A stretch of DNA of 64,000 nt from assembly GCA_964016885.1 (NCBI GenBank), contig OZ024761.1, forward strand, positions 124,001-188,000. The letters are read 5' to 3'. The DNA is from Eledone cirrhosa. Taxonomy: Eukaryota. Position numbers and translations under genes: made by a program. This document shows, one piece after another, positions 1 through 17,271 of this stretch (the first letter of the stretch is position 1; the number at the start of each line of letters is the position of its first letter). The notes beneath the pieces are model-generated. The model was not told the DNA's origin, searched no databases, and worked only from the letters and a program-made list of their open reading frames with translations.

Positions 1-665
1 GACGAGAGAGACTGAGAATGGTGGAGAGAGAGGACGAGAGAGACTGAGAATGGTGGAGAGAGAGGACGAGAGAGACTGAGAATGGTGGAGAGAGAGGATG
101 AGAGAGACTGAGAATGGTGGAGAGAGAGGACGAGAGAGACTGAGAATGGTGGAGAGAGAGGACGAGAGTGACTGAGAATGGTAGAGAGAGAGGACGAGAG
201 AGACTGAGAATGGTGGAGAGAGAGGACGAGAGAGACTGAGAATGGTGGAGAGAGAGAGGACGAGAGAGACTGAGAATGGTGGAGAGAGAGGACGAGAGAG
301 ACTGAGAATGGTGGAGAGAGAGGACGAGAGAGACTGAGAATGGTGGAGAGAGAGGACGAGAGAGACTGAGAATGGTAGAGAGAGAGAGGACGAGAGAGAC
401 TGAGAATGGTGGAGAGAGAGGACGAGAGAGACTGAGAATAGTGGAGAGAGAGAGAGGACGAGAGAGACTGAGAATGGTGGAGAGAGAGGACGAGAGAGAC
501 TGAGAATGGTAGAGAGAGAGGACGAGAGAGACTTAGAATGGTAGAGAGAGGACGAGAGAGACTGAGAATGGTAGAGAGAGAGGACGAGAGAGACTGAGAA
601 TGGTGGAGAGAGAGGACGAGAGAGACTGAGAATGGTAGAGAGAGAGGATGAGAGAGACTGAGAAT
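1..665. repeat. ~32-bp GA-rich minisatellite (GACGAGAGAGACTGAGAATGGTGGAGAGAGAG)n
   Basis: About 20 tandem units with variable (GA)n length. Confidence 0.95.
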
Positions 666-684
666 GGTGGAGAGAGAGAGAGAG

Positions 685-708
685 AGAGGGGCGATGATGA
701 AGAGAGTG

Positions 709-739
<31 letters not shown>

Positions 740-1007
740 GATGATGAAGAGAGTGGAGAGAGAGAGAGAGATAGAGAGAGATAGGTAGAGAGAAAGGAGT
801 GATGATGAAGAGAGTGGAGAGAGAGAGAGGGGCGATGATGAAGAGAGTGGAGAGAGAGAGAGAGATAGAGAGAGATAGGTAGAGAGAAAGGGGTGATGAT
901 GAAGAGAGTGGAGAGAGAGAGAGAGGGGGCGATGATGAAGAGAGTGGAGAGAAAGAGATAGATAGAGAGAGATAGAGAGAGAGAAAGGGTGATGATGAAG
1001 AGAGTGG

Positions 1008-1060
<53 letters not shown>

Positions 1061-1452
1061 CGATGATGAAGAGAGTGGAGAGAGAGAGAGAGAGAGGGGG
1101 CGATGATGAAGAGAGTGGAGAGAAAGAGATAGATAGAGAGAGATAGGTAGAGAGAAAGGGGTGATGATGAAGAGAGTGGAGAGAGAGAGAGAGAGGGGCG
1201 ATGATGAAGAGAGTGGAGATAGAGAGATAGATAGAGAGAGAGAGGGGGGGGTGATGATGAAGAGAGAGAGAGTGAGAGAGAGAGATGGAGAGGTGGAGCG
1301 AGAGAGTGAAAGAGAAAATCAGAAACGATAGTGAGTGATGAGGAAATTGAAAGTAGAAATAGAGAATGTGGGAGGGAGAGAGAGATAGTCAGAGAGACAG
1401 ATAGAAAGAGAAAAATCAAAGAATGAGTGAGAGAGATAGTGTAAGGAGTAGT

Positions 1453-1494
<42 letters not shown>

Positions 1495-2356
1495 AAAAAT
1501 AAAGAGAGAAAGAAAGAAAAATAAAGAGACGATAGAATGAGAAGTGTATTAAAAGTGAAAGTAGAAATAGAAAATACGAGAGAGAGAGAGAAAGATAGGA
1601 TAGCAAGAGGGGTGTATTGAAATAGACAGTATGAAAGAGGGGGGGGGGAAAGAGAGAGGGGGGGGAATGAGCGATAGAAAGATTGTGTATGAGATATAGG
1701 TAAAGAGGGGAAGGTGGGTAAGTTAAGTGATAGAGATAGATAGATAAATAGATAGATAGATAGATCGATAGATAGATAGATCGATAGATAGATAGATAGA
1801 TAGACAAGGGAAGAGAGACAATTCAATAGATAGTCAGAGAGAGAGAGAGAGAGGTTCTTATAAAGATAGATAGATAGATACATAGATACATGCATAGACA
1901 AGACATGGATAGATAGATAGATCGATAGATAGATAGATAGATCGATAGATAGATAGATAGATCGATAGATAGATCGATAGATAGATAGATAAATAGACAA
2001 GGGGGAGAGAGATGGTGCAATAGATAGCCGCCAGAGACAGAGACAGAGAGAGAGAGATAAATGGATGGATAGATAAGGGAAAGAGAGACAATGTAAGAGA
2101 TAGCCAGAGAGAGAAAGAGGGGTTCATATATAGACAGTTGGATAGAAAGATAGATAGATGGATGGATAAGTAGATAGGTAGATAGGTAGATAGGTAGATA
2201 GATGGATGGATAAGTAGATAGGTAGATAGGTAGATAGATGGATGGATAAGTAGATAGGTAGATAGGTAGATAGATGGATGGATAAGTAGATAGGTAGATT
2301 AGGTAGATGGATGGATGGATAGATAGGTAGACAAGAGAGATAGTGCAAGAGATAGC

Positions 2357-2388
<32 letters not shown>

Positions 2389-2523
2389 AGAAGGGGGGGG
2401 GGGGGGATGAAAGTAGATTTATAAAGATAGAAAGAGATAAAGAGAGACAGTGGAATACAGAGATAGAGAGATAGATAGATAAAGGGTGTAGAATTAGAGG
2501 AATGATATGTAGTAGATATAGTC

Positions 2524-2568
<45 letters not shown>

Positions 2569-2644
2569 GCGATGATGAAGAGAGTGAGAGAAAGAGATAG
2601 ATAGAGAGAGATAGGTAGAGAGAAAGGGGTGATGATGAAGAGAG

Positions 2645-2698
<54 letters not shown>

Positions 2699-2800
2699 AT
2701 GATGAAGAGAGTGGAGAGAAAGAGATAGATAGAGAGAGATAGGTAGAGAGAGAGAAAGGGGTGATGATGAAGAGAGTGGAGAGAGAGAGAGAGAGATAAA
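685..2800. repeat. GA-rich compound repeats: GATGATGAAGAGAGTGG(AG)n units (685-1265, 2570-2795) and (GATA)n/(GGTA)n tracts (1730-2330)
   Basis: Directly visible tandem motifs. Confidence 0.85.
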
Positions 2801-2954
2801 AGAATAGCTAGATAAAGGGGGATGGTGGAGATGGAATTAGTGGGGGGGTAGGGGGTAGTGATATTGGGGAGGGGGTCTAGTTGGAAAGTATATCAGAGAG
2901 AGAGAGGGGGGGGATAGAGTAATAGAGAGAGGATATGTGGTGAAAGTGAATGTT

Positions 2955-2997
2955 ATATAAGTATGTATGTATATGCATGAGCATATATATATATATT

Positions 2998-3044
<47 letters not shown>

Positions 3045-3053
3045 ATGCATGAG

Positions 3054-3102
<49 letters not shown>

Positions 3103-3129
3103 ATGTATGCATGAGTATATATATATATT

Positions 3130-3183
<54 letters not shown>

Positions 3184-3295
3184 CATGAGTATATATATAT
3201 ATATACATGTATATATGTGTGTGTGTGTGTGTGTGTGTGGGTGTGTGTGCGTGTGTGTGTGTGCGTGTATATGCATGAGCATATATATATATATT

Positions 3296-3342
<47 letters not shown>

Positions 3343-3350
3343 ATGCATGA

Positions 3351-3421
<71 letters not shown>

Positions 3422-3452
3422 GTGTGTATGTATGCATGAGTATATATATATT

Positions 3453-3518
<66 letters not shown>

Positions 3519-3544
3519 CATGAGTATATATATATATATACATG

Positions 3545-3583
<39 letters not shown>

Positions 3584-3618
3584 ATGCATGAGTATATATA
3601 TATATATATATATACATG

Positions 3619-3655
<37 letters not shown>

Positions 3656-3731
3656 GTATGCATGAGTATATATATATATACATGTATATGTGTGTGTGTG
3701 CGTGTGTATGCATGAGCATATATATATATAA

Positions 3732-3763
<32 letters not shown>

Positions 3764-3794
3764 ATGTATGCATGAGTATATATATATATACATG

Positions 3795-3832
<38 letters not shown>

Positions 3833-3959
3833 CATGAGTATATATATATATACATGTATATATGTGTGTGTGTGTGCGTGTGTGTGTATGCATGAGTATA
3901 TATATATATATACATGTATATATGTGTATGTGTGTGTGTGTGTGCGTGTGTATGCATGA

Positions 3960-4012
<53 letters not shown>

Positions 4013-4147
4013 ATCTGTGTGTGTGTATGAATGAGTGTATATATATGCATGTGTGTGTATGTGTATGTGTATGTGTGTGTATGCATGAGCATATATATAT
4101 ATATATATATATCTGTGTGTGTGTATGAATGAGTATATATATATACA

Positions 4148-4179
<32 letters not shown>

Positions 4180-4215
4180 GTGTGTGTGCATGAGTATATA
4201 TATATGTATATATGT
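2955..4215. repeat. Compound minisatellite ATGCATGAG-(TA)n-(TG)n
   Basis: ATGCATGAG anchor recurs every ~50-90 bp between (TA)n and (TG)n tracts. Confidence 0.9.
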
Positions 4216-5292
4216 GGGGGTGGGGTAGGGGAGAGATAATTTAAAAAGCAGGTAAAGATGAAGTGAAGTGAGAATGAGGATAAGAAGAAGGTATGGAAGA
4301 TAGATAGATATAAAGATATATAGAGATATAGAAGAAAAGGATAGTAAGAGAGAAATCTACAGAGAGAGAGAGTGGGGGGAGACTAAAGAGAGAAAAACCT
4401 GGAGAGAGGAAGAGACTAAAGATAGACAGATTAAAGACAGAGAGTGAGAGAGAGAGAGAAAGAGAGGAAAAGACTAAATGTAGAAAGAGAGAGAAAGACT
4501 AAAGACTAAAGACTAAATCCAGACAGATTAAAGAAACAGAGAGAGAGAAAAAGAGGAATAGATTAAATGTAGAAAGACTACAGGCAGAAAGAGAGAGAAA
4601 GATAAAGATAGAAAGAGAGAGAGAGGGGGAGACTAAAGATAGAAAGAGAGAGAGAGAGAGATGGGGGGAAGACTAAAGGCAGACAGACACAGAGAGAAAG
4701 ACTAAACATAGAGAGAGAGGGGGAGACTAAAGGCAGATAGATTAAAGAAAGAGAGAAATACTAAAGATAGAAACAGAGAGAGAGGGGGGAGGAGGAGACT
4801 AAAGGCAGACAGACATACGGAGAGGGGGGAAGACTAAAGGCAGACATACAGACGGAGAGAGACTAAAGATAGAAAGAGAGAGAGAGAGAGGGGGAAGACT
4901 AAAGGCAGACAGATTAAAGAAAGAGAGAAAGAGAAAGTTAAGAAAGAGGTGTGAAGAGATAAAATAGAAAATATTGAAGAAAGTCAGATGATAGAACAAT
5001 TAAAAAGAGCAATATTGAATACAATAGGAAGAGAAAGACTAGTGTGTGTGTGTGATGAGGAGGAGAGGGCAGAAGGGAAAGATAGAAAGAACAGTTAGAG
5101 AAAGCGAGGGAGAGTGCGTGAGAGGGAAGAGGGCTTGAGAATTTGAGAGGGGGGTGAGAGAAAGCTGGTGAGTGAGAATAGTAGGTAGATAGTGGTTCAA
5201 AAGAGCGTGAGAGAGAGAGAGTGTGTGTGTATGTGTGCGTGAGAGGGAAGAGGGCTTGAGAAGATAGACAGTGGTTCAAAGACAGAAAGAGA

Positions 5293-5361
<69 letters not shown>

Positions 5362-6254
5362 TGTGTGTGTATGTGTGCGTGAGAGGGAAGAGGGCTTGAG
5401 AAGATAGACAGTGGTTCGAAGACAGAAAGAGAGAGAGAGAGAGAGTGTGTGTGAGAGAGAGAAAGAGCGGGAAAGGGAAGAGGGCTTGAGAATTTGAGAG
5501 GCGGGTGAGAGAAAGCTGGTGACATTAGGAGAGAGTGAGTGAGAGAGAGAGAGCTAAAGAGGGGTGATGGGAAAGGATATAGATATAGAGGGCATGATAT
5601 ATTGAAGGGGTGGAGGGAGGAAGAGGAGAAGGGAAAGGGAACAAGAAATATCGAAGAGTGAGGGTGAAGGTGAGAGACGAAGAATGTGTGAGGAAACGAG
5701 TGTAAGAGTGAGAAAGAGAGGAAGAGAAGAAAAGGGAGAGCCATAGAAACGATGAAAGCTAAGGAAATAGAAGAGGATAAAGAGAAAGAGCTGGAGAAGA
5801 CGAGGCGGGGAGAAAGGAAGAAAAATAAGAGAGGAGAGGAGGTAAGAGTGAGAGAAAGGCGCAGTGTAGTAAGAAATGAGGGGAAGTGAGAGGTGGTGAT
5901 TATGTGAGAGGAAGGTGGGGTGGTGTCGTAAAGATTGGGGGTAAGTGGGAGGTGGTGATGTGAGAGGAAGGTGCAGTGTAGTTAGGAATGAGGGGAAGTG
6001 AGAGATAGTGATGTTACAGGAAGGTGCAGGTTGTAACGAATGGGGGGAAGTAAGAGATAGTGATGTTAGAGGAAGGTTCAGGGTTGTAAGGAATGGGAGA
6101 AAGTGAGAGGTGGTGATGTGAGAGGAAGGTGCAGTGTAGTAAATGTGCAGACGATAACATACAGCGATGTTGCACCATTGGAACTTTACTTTAGTGGTGG
6201 AAATCTTACGAATCTGTTTTGTGTTTACAGCAGATATGTAGAAGTCAATATCAC

Positions 6255-9200
6255 AGACAACATCACTATCAACAACATCACTATCAACAACATCACTATC
6301 AACAACATCACTATCAACAACATCACTATCAACAACATCACTATCAACATCACTATCAACAGCATCACTACCAACAACAACACTACCAACAACACAACTA
6401 TCAACAACATCACTATCAACAACATCACTACCAACAACATCACTATCAACAACACCACTATCAACAACATCACTATCAACAACAACATTATCAACAACAC
6501 CACTATCAACAACATCACTACCAACAACATCACTATCAACAACACCACTATCAACAACATCACTATCAACAACACCACTATCAACAACATCACTATCAAC
6601 AACAACATTATCAACAACACCACTATCAGCACCATCACTATATTATCATCAACAACAACAGTATTAACATCAGCAACATCACTATCAACAAAAGTATCAA
6701 CAACATCACTATCAACAACATCACTATATTATCATCAACAACACTATCAACAACATCACTATAAATAACATCACTATCAACAACATCACTATAAATAACA
6801 TCACTATCAAAGCCACTATCAGCAACAACATTATCAACAACGCCACTGTCAACAACATCACTATACTATCATAAAAAACAACACTATCAACATCAGCAAC
6901 ATCACTATCAACATCACTATCAACAACACGATCAACAAGGCTATCAACAACAACACCGTCAACAACATCACTATCAACACTATCAACAACATCACTATAA
7001 ACACTATCAACAACATCACTATCAACATCACTATCAACTACACGATCAACAAGGCTATCAACAACAACACTGTCAACAACATCACTATCAACACTATCAA
7101 CAACATCACTATAAACACTATCAACAACATCACTATCAACAACATCACTATCAACAACATCACTATCAACAACATCACTATCAACAACATCACTATCAAC
7201 AACAACACTATCAACAACATCATTATCAACACTATCAACAACATCACTATCAACAGCATCACTATCAACAACACCACTATCAACATCACCACTATCAACA
7301 ACATCACTATCAACAACAACACTATCAACAACATCATTATCAACACTATCAACAACATCACTATCAACAGCATCACTATCAACAACACCACTATCAACAT
7401 CACCACTATCAACAACATCACTATGAACAGCATCACTATCAACAACATCACTATCAACAGCACTATCAACAACATAACTATCAACAACAACACTATCAAC
7501 AACATCACTATCAACAATATCACTAACAACAATACTATAAACAACATCACTATGAACAACACCACTATCAACAACACCACTATTAACAACAACACTATCA
7601 ACCACATAACTATCAACAGCATCACTATCAACAACATCACTATCAACAACATCACTATCAACAACAACACTATCAACAACATGACTATCAACAACATGAC
7701 TATCAACAACATCACTATCAACAATATCACTAACAACAATACTATAAACAACATCACTATGAACAACACCACTATCAACAAACTAACTATCAACAACAAC
7801 ACTATCAACAACACCACTATCAACAACACCACTATCAACAACACCACTATCAACAGCATCACTATCAACCACATAACTATCAACAGCATCACTATCAACA
7901 ACAACACTATCAACAACACCACTATCAACAACACCACTATCAACAACAACACTATCAACCACATAACTATCAACAGCATCACTATCAACAGCATCACTAT
8001 CAACAACATCACTATCAACAACACCACTATCAACAACACTATCAACAACATCACTATCAACAACATGTATATCAACAACAACACTATCAACAACAACATA
8101 CCAACAACAACACTATCAACAACATCACTATCAACAACATCACTATCAACAACATGTATATCAACAACAACACTATCAACAACATCACTATCAACATCAC
8201 TACCAACAACAACACTACCAACAACATCACTATCAACACAATAACTATCAACAACATCACTATCAACAACATGTATATCAACAACAACACTATCAACAAC
8301 AACACTACCAACAACAACACTATCAACAACATCACTATCAACAACATGTATATCAACAACAACACTATCAACAACACCACTACCAACAACAACACTATCA
8401 ACAACAACACTATCAACAACAACACTATCAACAACACCACTATCAACAACATCACTATCAACAACATGTATATCAACAACAACACTATCAACAACAACAC
8501 TATCAACAACAACACTATCAACAACACCACTACCAACAACAACACTACCAACAACACCACTATCAACAACATCACTATCAACAACACTATCAACAACAAC
8601 ACTATCAACAGCATCACTATCAACAACATCACTATCAACAACATCACTATCAACAGCATCACTATCAACAACATCACTATCAACAACAACACTATCAACA
8701 ACAACACTATCAACAACATCACTATCAACAACACCACTACCAACAACATCACTATCAACAACATCACTATCAACACAATAACTATCAACAACACCACTAT
8801 CAACAACATCACTACCAACAACAACACTACCAACAACAACACTATCAACAACATCACTATCAACAACATCACTATCAACAACATCACTATCAACAACATC
8901 ACTACCAACAACAACACTACCAACAACATCACTATCAACAGCATCACTATCAACAACATCACTATCAACAACAACACTATCAACAACAACACTATCAACA
9001 ACATCACTATCAACAACATCACTATCAACAACATCACTATCAACAGCATCACTACCAACAACATCACTACCAACAACAACACTATCAACAACATCACTAT
9101 CAACAACATCACTATCAACAACATCACTATCAACAACATCACTATCAACAACATCACTATCAACAGCATCACTATCAACAACATCACTATCAACAACAAC

Positions 9201-12200
9201 ACTATCAACAACAACACTATCAACAACATCACTATCAACAACACCACTACCAACAACATCACTATCAACAACATCACTATCAACACAATAACTATCAACA
9301 ACACCACTATCAACAACATCACTACCAACAACAACACTACCAACAACAACACTATCAACAACATCACTATCAACAACATCACTATCAACAACATCACTAT
9401 CAACAACATCACTACCAACAACAACACTACCAACAACATCACTATCAACAGCATCACTATCAACAACATCACTATCAACAACAACACTATCAACAACAAC
9501 ACTATCAACAACATCACTATCAACAACATCACTATCAACAACATCACTATCAACAGCATCACTACCAACAACATCACTACCAACAACAACACTATCAACA
9601 ACATCACTATCAACAACATCACTATCAACAACATCACTATCAACAGCATCACTATCAACAACATCACTACCAACAACAACACTACCAACAACACCACTAT
9701 CAACAACATCACTATCAACATCACTACCAACAACACCACTACCAACAACATCACTACCAACAACATCGCTATCAACAACATCACTATCAACACAATAACT
9801 ATCAACAACACCACTATCAACAACATCACTATCAACAACACCACTATCAACAACATCACTACCAACAACATCACTATCAACAACACCACTATCAACAACA
9901 TCACTATCAACAACAACATTATCAACAACACCACTATCAGCACCATCACTATATTATCATCAACAACAACAGTATTAACATCAGCAACATCACTATCAAC
10001 AAACGTATCAACAACATCACTATCAACAACATCACTATATTATCATCAACAACACTATCAACAACATCACTATAAATAACATCACTATCAAAGCCACTAT
10101 CAGCAACAACATTATCAACAACGCCACTGTCAACAACATCACTATACTATCATAAAAAACAACACTATCAACATCAGCAACATCACTATCAACATCACTA
10201 TCAACTACACGATCAACAAGGCTATCAACAACAACACCGTCAACAACATCACTATCAACACTATCAACAACATCACTATAAACACTATCAACAACATCAC
10301 TATCAACATCACTATCAACTACACGATCAACAAGGCTATCAACAACAACACTGTCAACAACATCACTATAAACACTATCAACAACATCACTATCAACAAC
10401 ACCACTATCAACAGCATCACTATCAACAGCATCACTATCAACAGCATCACTATCAACAACATCACTATCAACACTATCAACAACATCACTATAAACACTA
10501 TCAACAACATCACTATCAACAACACCACTATCAACAACATCACTATCAACAGCATCACTATCAACAACATCACTATCAACAACAACACTATCAACAACAT
10601 CATTATCAACACTATCAACAACATCACTATCAACAGCATCACTATCAACAACACCATTATCAACATCACCACTATCAACAACATTACTATCAACAACATC
10701 ACTATCAACAGCACTATCAACAACATAACTATCAACAACAACACTATCAACAACATCACTATCAACAACATGACTATGAACAACATCACTATCAACAATA
10801 TCACTAACAACAATACTATAAACAACATCACTATGAACAACATCACTATCAACAAACTAACTATCAACAACACCACTATCAACAACACCACTATCATCAA
10901 CACCACTATCAACAACACCACTATCAACAACAACACTATCAACAACACCACTATCAACAACACTATCAACAACATCACTATCAACAACACCACTATCAAC
11001 AACACCACTATCAACAACAACACTATCAACAACACCACTATCAACAACACTATCAACAACATCACTATCAACAACATCACTATCAACAACATCACTATCA
11101 ACAACATCACTATCAACGGCATCACTATCAACAGCATCACTATCAACAACATCACTATCAACACCACCACTATCAACAACATCACTATCAACAACACCAC
11201 TATCAACAGCATCACTATCAACAGCATCACTATCAACAACATCACTATCAACAACATCTCTATCAACAACAACACTATCAGCAACATCACTATCGACAAC
11301 ACTATCCACAACACTATCATCACCACTATCAACAGCATCACTATCAACACGATCACTATCAACAACATCACTATCAACAACATCACTATCAACAGCATCA
11401 CTATCAACACAATCACTATCAACACCACCACTATCAACAACATCACTATCAACAACACCACTATCAACAGCATCACTATCAACAACATCACTATCAACAA
11501 CATCACTATGAACAGCATCACTATCAACAACATCTCTATGAACAACACTATCAACAGCATCACTATAAACAACATCACTATCAACAACATCACCATCAAC
11601 AACACTACCAACAACATCAGTATCAACAACATCACTATCAACAGCATCACTATCAACAACATCACTATCAACACCACTATCAACAACATAACTATCAACA
11701 GCATCACTATCAACAACATCACTATCAACAACATCACTATCAACAACACCACTATCAACAGCATCACTATCAACACCATCACTATCAACACCATCACTAT
11801 CAACACCATCACTATCAACAACATCACTATCAACAACACCACTATCAACAACATCACTATCAACACCATCACTATCAACACCATCACTATCAACAACATC
11901 ACTATCAACAACATCAGTATCAACAACATCACTATCAACAGCATCACTATCAACAACATCACTATCAACACCACTATCAACAACATAACTATCAACCACA
12001 CTATCAACAGCATCACTATCAACACCATCACTATCAACAACATCACTATCAACAACATCACTATCAACAACATCACTATCAACAACATCACTATCAACAG
12101 CATCACTATCAACAGCATCACTATCAACAACATCACTATCAACAACATCACTATCAACACCACCACTATCAACAGCATCACTATCAACAACACTATCAAC

Positions 12201-15200
12201 AACAACACTACCAACAACAACACTACCAACAACACAACTATCAACAACATCACTATCAACAGCATCACTATCAACAACATCACTACAAACAACATCACTA
12301 TCAACAACATCACTATCAACAACATCACTATCAACAGCATCACTATCAACAGCATCACTATCAACAACACCACTATCAACAGCATCACTATCAACAGCAT
12401 CACTATCAACAACACCACTATCAACAACATCACTATCAACAACATCACTATCAACAACAAGGCTATCAACAACACCACTATCAACAACATCACTATCAAC
12501 AACATCACTATCAACAACATCACTATCAACAACACCACTATCTACAACATCACTATCAACAACACTATCAACAGCATCACTATCAACACCATCACTATCA
12601 ACAACACCACTATCTACAACATCACTATCAACAACACTATCAACAGCATCACTATCAACAACATCACTATCAACAACACCACTATCTACAACATCACTAT
12701 CAACAACACTATCAACAACATCACTATCAACAACATCACTATCAACAACACCACTATCTACAACATCACTATCAACAACACTATCAACAGCATCACTATC
12801 AACAACATCACTATCAACAGCATCACTATCAACAGCATCACTATCAACAAAACTATCAACAGCATCACTATCAACAACATCACTATCAACAGCATCACTA
12901 TCAACAACACCACTATCAACAACATCACTATCACACAGCATCACTATCAACAGCATCACTATCAACAACTTCACTATCAACAACACCACTATCAACAACA
13001 TCACTATCAACAACACCACTATCAACAACATCACTATCAACAACATCACTATCAACAACATCACTATCACACAGCATCACTATCAAGAGCATCACTATCA
13101 ACAACATCACTATCAACAACACCACTATCAACAACATCACTATCAACAACACCACTATCAACAACATCACTATCAACAACATCACTATCAACAACATCAC
13201 TATCACACAGCATCACTATCAACAGCATCACTATCAACAACACCACTATCAACAACATCACTATCAACAACATCACTATCAACTACATTACTATCAACAG
13301 CATCACTATCAACAACATGTATATCAACAACACCACTATCAACAACATCACTATCAACAACACCACTATCAACAGCATCACTATCAACAGCATCACTATC
13401 AACAGCATCACTATCAACAACATCACTATCAACACTATCAACAACATCACTATAAACACTATCAACAACATCACTATCAACAACACCACTATCAACAACA
13501 TCACTATCAACAGCATCACTATCAACAACATCACTATCAACAACAACACTATCAACAACATCATTATCAACACTATCAACAACATCACTATCAACAGCAT
13601 CACTATCAACAACACCATTATCAACATCACCACTATCAACAACATTACTATCAACAACATCACTATCAACAGCACTATCAACAACATAACTATCAACAAC
13701 AACACTATCAACAACATCACTATCAACAACATGACTATGAACAACATCACTATCAACAATATCACTAACAACAATACTATAAACAACATCACTATGAACA
13801 ACATCACTATCAACAAACTAACTATCAACAACACCACTATCAACAACACCACTATCATCAACACCACTATCAACAACACCACTATCAACAACAACACTAT
13901 CAACAACACCACTATCAACAACACTATCAACAACATCACTATCAACAACACCACTATCAACAACACCACTATCAACAACAACACTATCAACAACACCACT
14001 ATCAACAACACTATCAACAACATCACTATCAACAACATCACTATCAACAACATCACTATCAACAACATCACTATCAACGGCATCACTATCAACAGCATCA
14101 CTATCAACAACATCACTATCAACACCACCACTATCAACAACATCACTATCAACAACACCACTATCAACAGCATCACTATCAACAGCATCACTATCAACAA
14201 CATCACTATCAACAACATCTCTATCAACAACAACACTATCAGCAACATCACTATCGACAACACTATCCACAACACTATCATCACCACTATCAACAGCATC
14301 ACTATCAACACGATCACTATCAACAACATCACTATCAACAACATCACTATCAACAGCATCACTATCAACACAATCACTATCAACACCACCACTATCAACA
14401 ACATCACTATCAACAACACCACTATCAACAGCATCACTATCAACAACATCACTATCAACAACATCACTATGAACAGCATCACTATCAACAACATCTCTAT
14501 GAACAACACTATCAACAGCATCACTATAAACAACATCACTATCAACAACATCACCATCAACAACACTACCAACAACATCAGTATCAACAACATCACTATC
14601 AACAGCATCACTATCAACAACATCACTATCAACACCACTATCAACAACATAACTATCAACAGCATCACTATCAACAACATCACTATCAACAACATCACTA
14701 TCAACAACACCACTATCAACAGCATCACTATCAACACCATCACTATCAACACCATCACTATCAACACCATCACTATCAACAACATCACTATCAACAACAC
14801 CACTATCAACAACATCACTATCAACACCATCACTATCAACACCATCACTATCAACAACATCACTATCAACAACATCAGTATCAACAACATCACTATCAAC
14901 AGCATCACTATCAACAACATCACTATCAACACCACTATCAACAACATAACTATCAACCACACTATCAACAGCATCACTATCAACACCATCACTATCAACA
15001 ACATCACTATCAACAACATCACTATCAACAACATCACTATCAACAACATCACTATCAACAGCATCACTATCAACAGCATCACTATCAACAACATCACTAT
15101 CAACAACATCACTATCAACACCACCACTATCAACAGCATCACTATCAACAACACTATCAACAACAACACTACCAACAACAACACTACCAACAACACAACT

Positions 15201-16800
15201 ATCAACAACATCACTATCAACAGCATCACTATCAACAACATCACTACAAACAACATCACTATCAACAACATCACTATCAACAACATCACTATCAACAGCA
15301 TCACTATCAACAGCATCACTATCAACAACACCACTATCAACAGCATCACTATCAACAGCATCACTATCAACAACACCACTATCAACAACATCACTATCAA
15401 CAACATCACTATCAACAACAAGGCTATCAACAACACCACTATCAACAACATCACTATCAACAACATCACTATCAACAACATCACTATCAACAACACCACT
15501 ATCTACAACATCACTATCAACAACACTATCAACAGCATCACTATCAACACCATCACTATCAACAACACCACTATCTACAACATCACTATCAACAACACTA
15601 TCAACAGCATCACTATCAACAACATCACTATCAACAACACCACTATCTACAACATCACTATCAACAACACTATCAACAACATCACTATCAACAACATCAC
15701 TATCAACAACACCACTATCTACAACATCACTATCAACAACACTATCAACAGCATCACTATCAACAACATCACTATCAACAGCATCACTATCAACAGCATC
15801 ACTATCAACAAAACTATCAACAGCATCACTATCAACAACATCACTATCAACAGCATCACTATCAACAACACCACTATCAACAACATCACTATCACACAGC
15901 ATCACTATCAACAGCATCACTATCAACAACTTCACTATCAACAACACCACTATCAACAACATCACTATCAACAACACCACTATCAACAACATCACTATCA
16001 ACAACATCACTATCAACAACATCACTATCACACAGCATCACTATCAAGAGCATCACTATCAACAACATCACTATCAACAACACCACTATCAACAACATCA
16101 CTATCAACAACACCACTATCAACAACATCACTATCAACAACATCACTATCAACAACATCACTATCACACAGCATCACTATCAACAGCATCACTATCAACA
16201 ACACCACTATCAACAACATCACTATCAACAACATCACTATCAACTACATTACTATCAACAGCATCACTATCAACAACATGTATATCAACAACACCACTAT
16301 CAACAACACCACTATCAACAACACCACTATCAACAGCATCACTATCAACAACATCACTATCAACACCATCACTATCAACAACATCACTATCAACAGCATC
16401 ACTATCAACAGGATCACTATCAACAACATGACTATCAACACAATCACTATCAACAACATAACTATGAACAGCATCACTATCAACAACATCACTATCAACA
16501 ACACCACTATCAACAACACCACTATCAACTGCATCACTATCAACAACACCACTATTAACAGCATCACTATCCACACCACTATCAACAACATCACCATCAA
16601 CAACACCACTATCATCACCACTATCAACAACATAACTATCCACAACACCTCTATCATCATCACTATCATCAACACCAATATCAACACTACTATCAACAAC
16701 ATCACTATCAACAACACCACTATCATCACCACTATCAACAACATAACTATCCACAACACCTCTATCATCATCACTATCAACAACACCACTATCATCATCA
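6255..16800. repeat. 15-bp satellite (AACAACATCACTATC)n with 12- and 9-bp variants
   Basis: 10.5-kb continuous array; source of the NNITI, QQHHY, VMLLI and DSDVV ORFs. Confidence 0.97.
10378..16299. repeat. 2961-bp higher-order tandem duplication inside the satellite
   Basis: Rare variants recur at +2961 (AACGGCATC 11116/14077, ATCAAGAGC 13082/16043); ORFs 10857-13070 and 13818-16031 are identical. Confidence 0.92.
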
Positions 16801-16995
16801 CTACTAACATCACTGTTAATAACATTACTATCATCATCATCTCTATCATCATTATCACCATTACCAGCACCACAAATTACCCCACCACCACCACCCATAG
16901 CTTGTAACCTTCCAAGCTGAAACCGCAGGGCTTGTGATTGGACTTTTACTTCATGAATCAATATAATCAATATATATATATAAATATACATGAAA

Positions 16996-17027
<32 letters not shown>

Positions 17028-17253
17028 GTAGGAGGTGAGTTTTATTGTAGTACAATAAAGCAATGCAGATATCGGATAAGAAGCACTCTACAGTTTGTAG
17101 GACTGGAGTATACATAATATAAGATCAAAAGATGGTTAAAGGAGTTCCATGTATTTTATTATGCGCATTTCAAAAACATGATGATGTTTGTTTTTGAAAT
17201 GCGCATAATAAAATACATGGAACTCCTTTAACCATCTTTTGATCTTATATTAT
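17028..17253. mobile_element. PLE pLTR-derived fold-back element, family A (short, folded inside HHR stem II)
   Basis: ~63-bp inverted arms; homologous to 42083-42500, 46068-47669 and 58645-59783; (TA)n flanks. Confidence 0.8.
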
Positions 17254-17271
17254 ATATATATATATATATAT

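Noticed and set aside
1319-5744. YLSI-, HT- and YI-rich ORFs
   Set aside because: Translations of (GATA)n, (CA)n, (TA)n and (GA)n microsatellites; the same applies to most short ORFs in the window.
10770-16907. 2045-aa ORF as a protein-coding gene
   Set aside because: The satellite unit has no stop in any plus frame, and the ORF drifts through NNITI, QQHHY and TTSLS registers.
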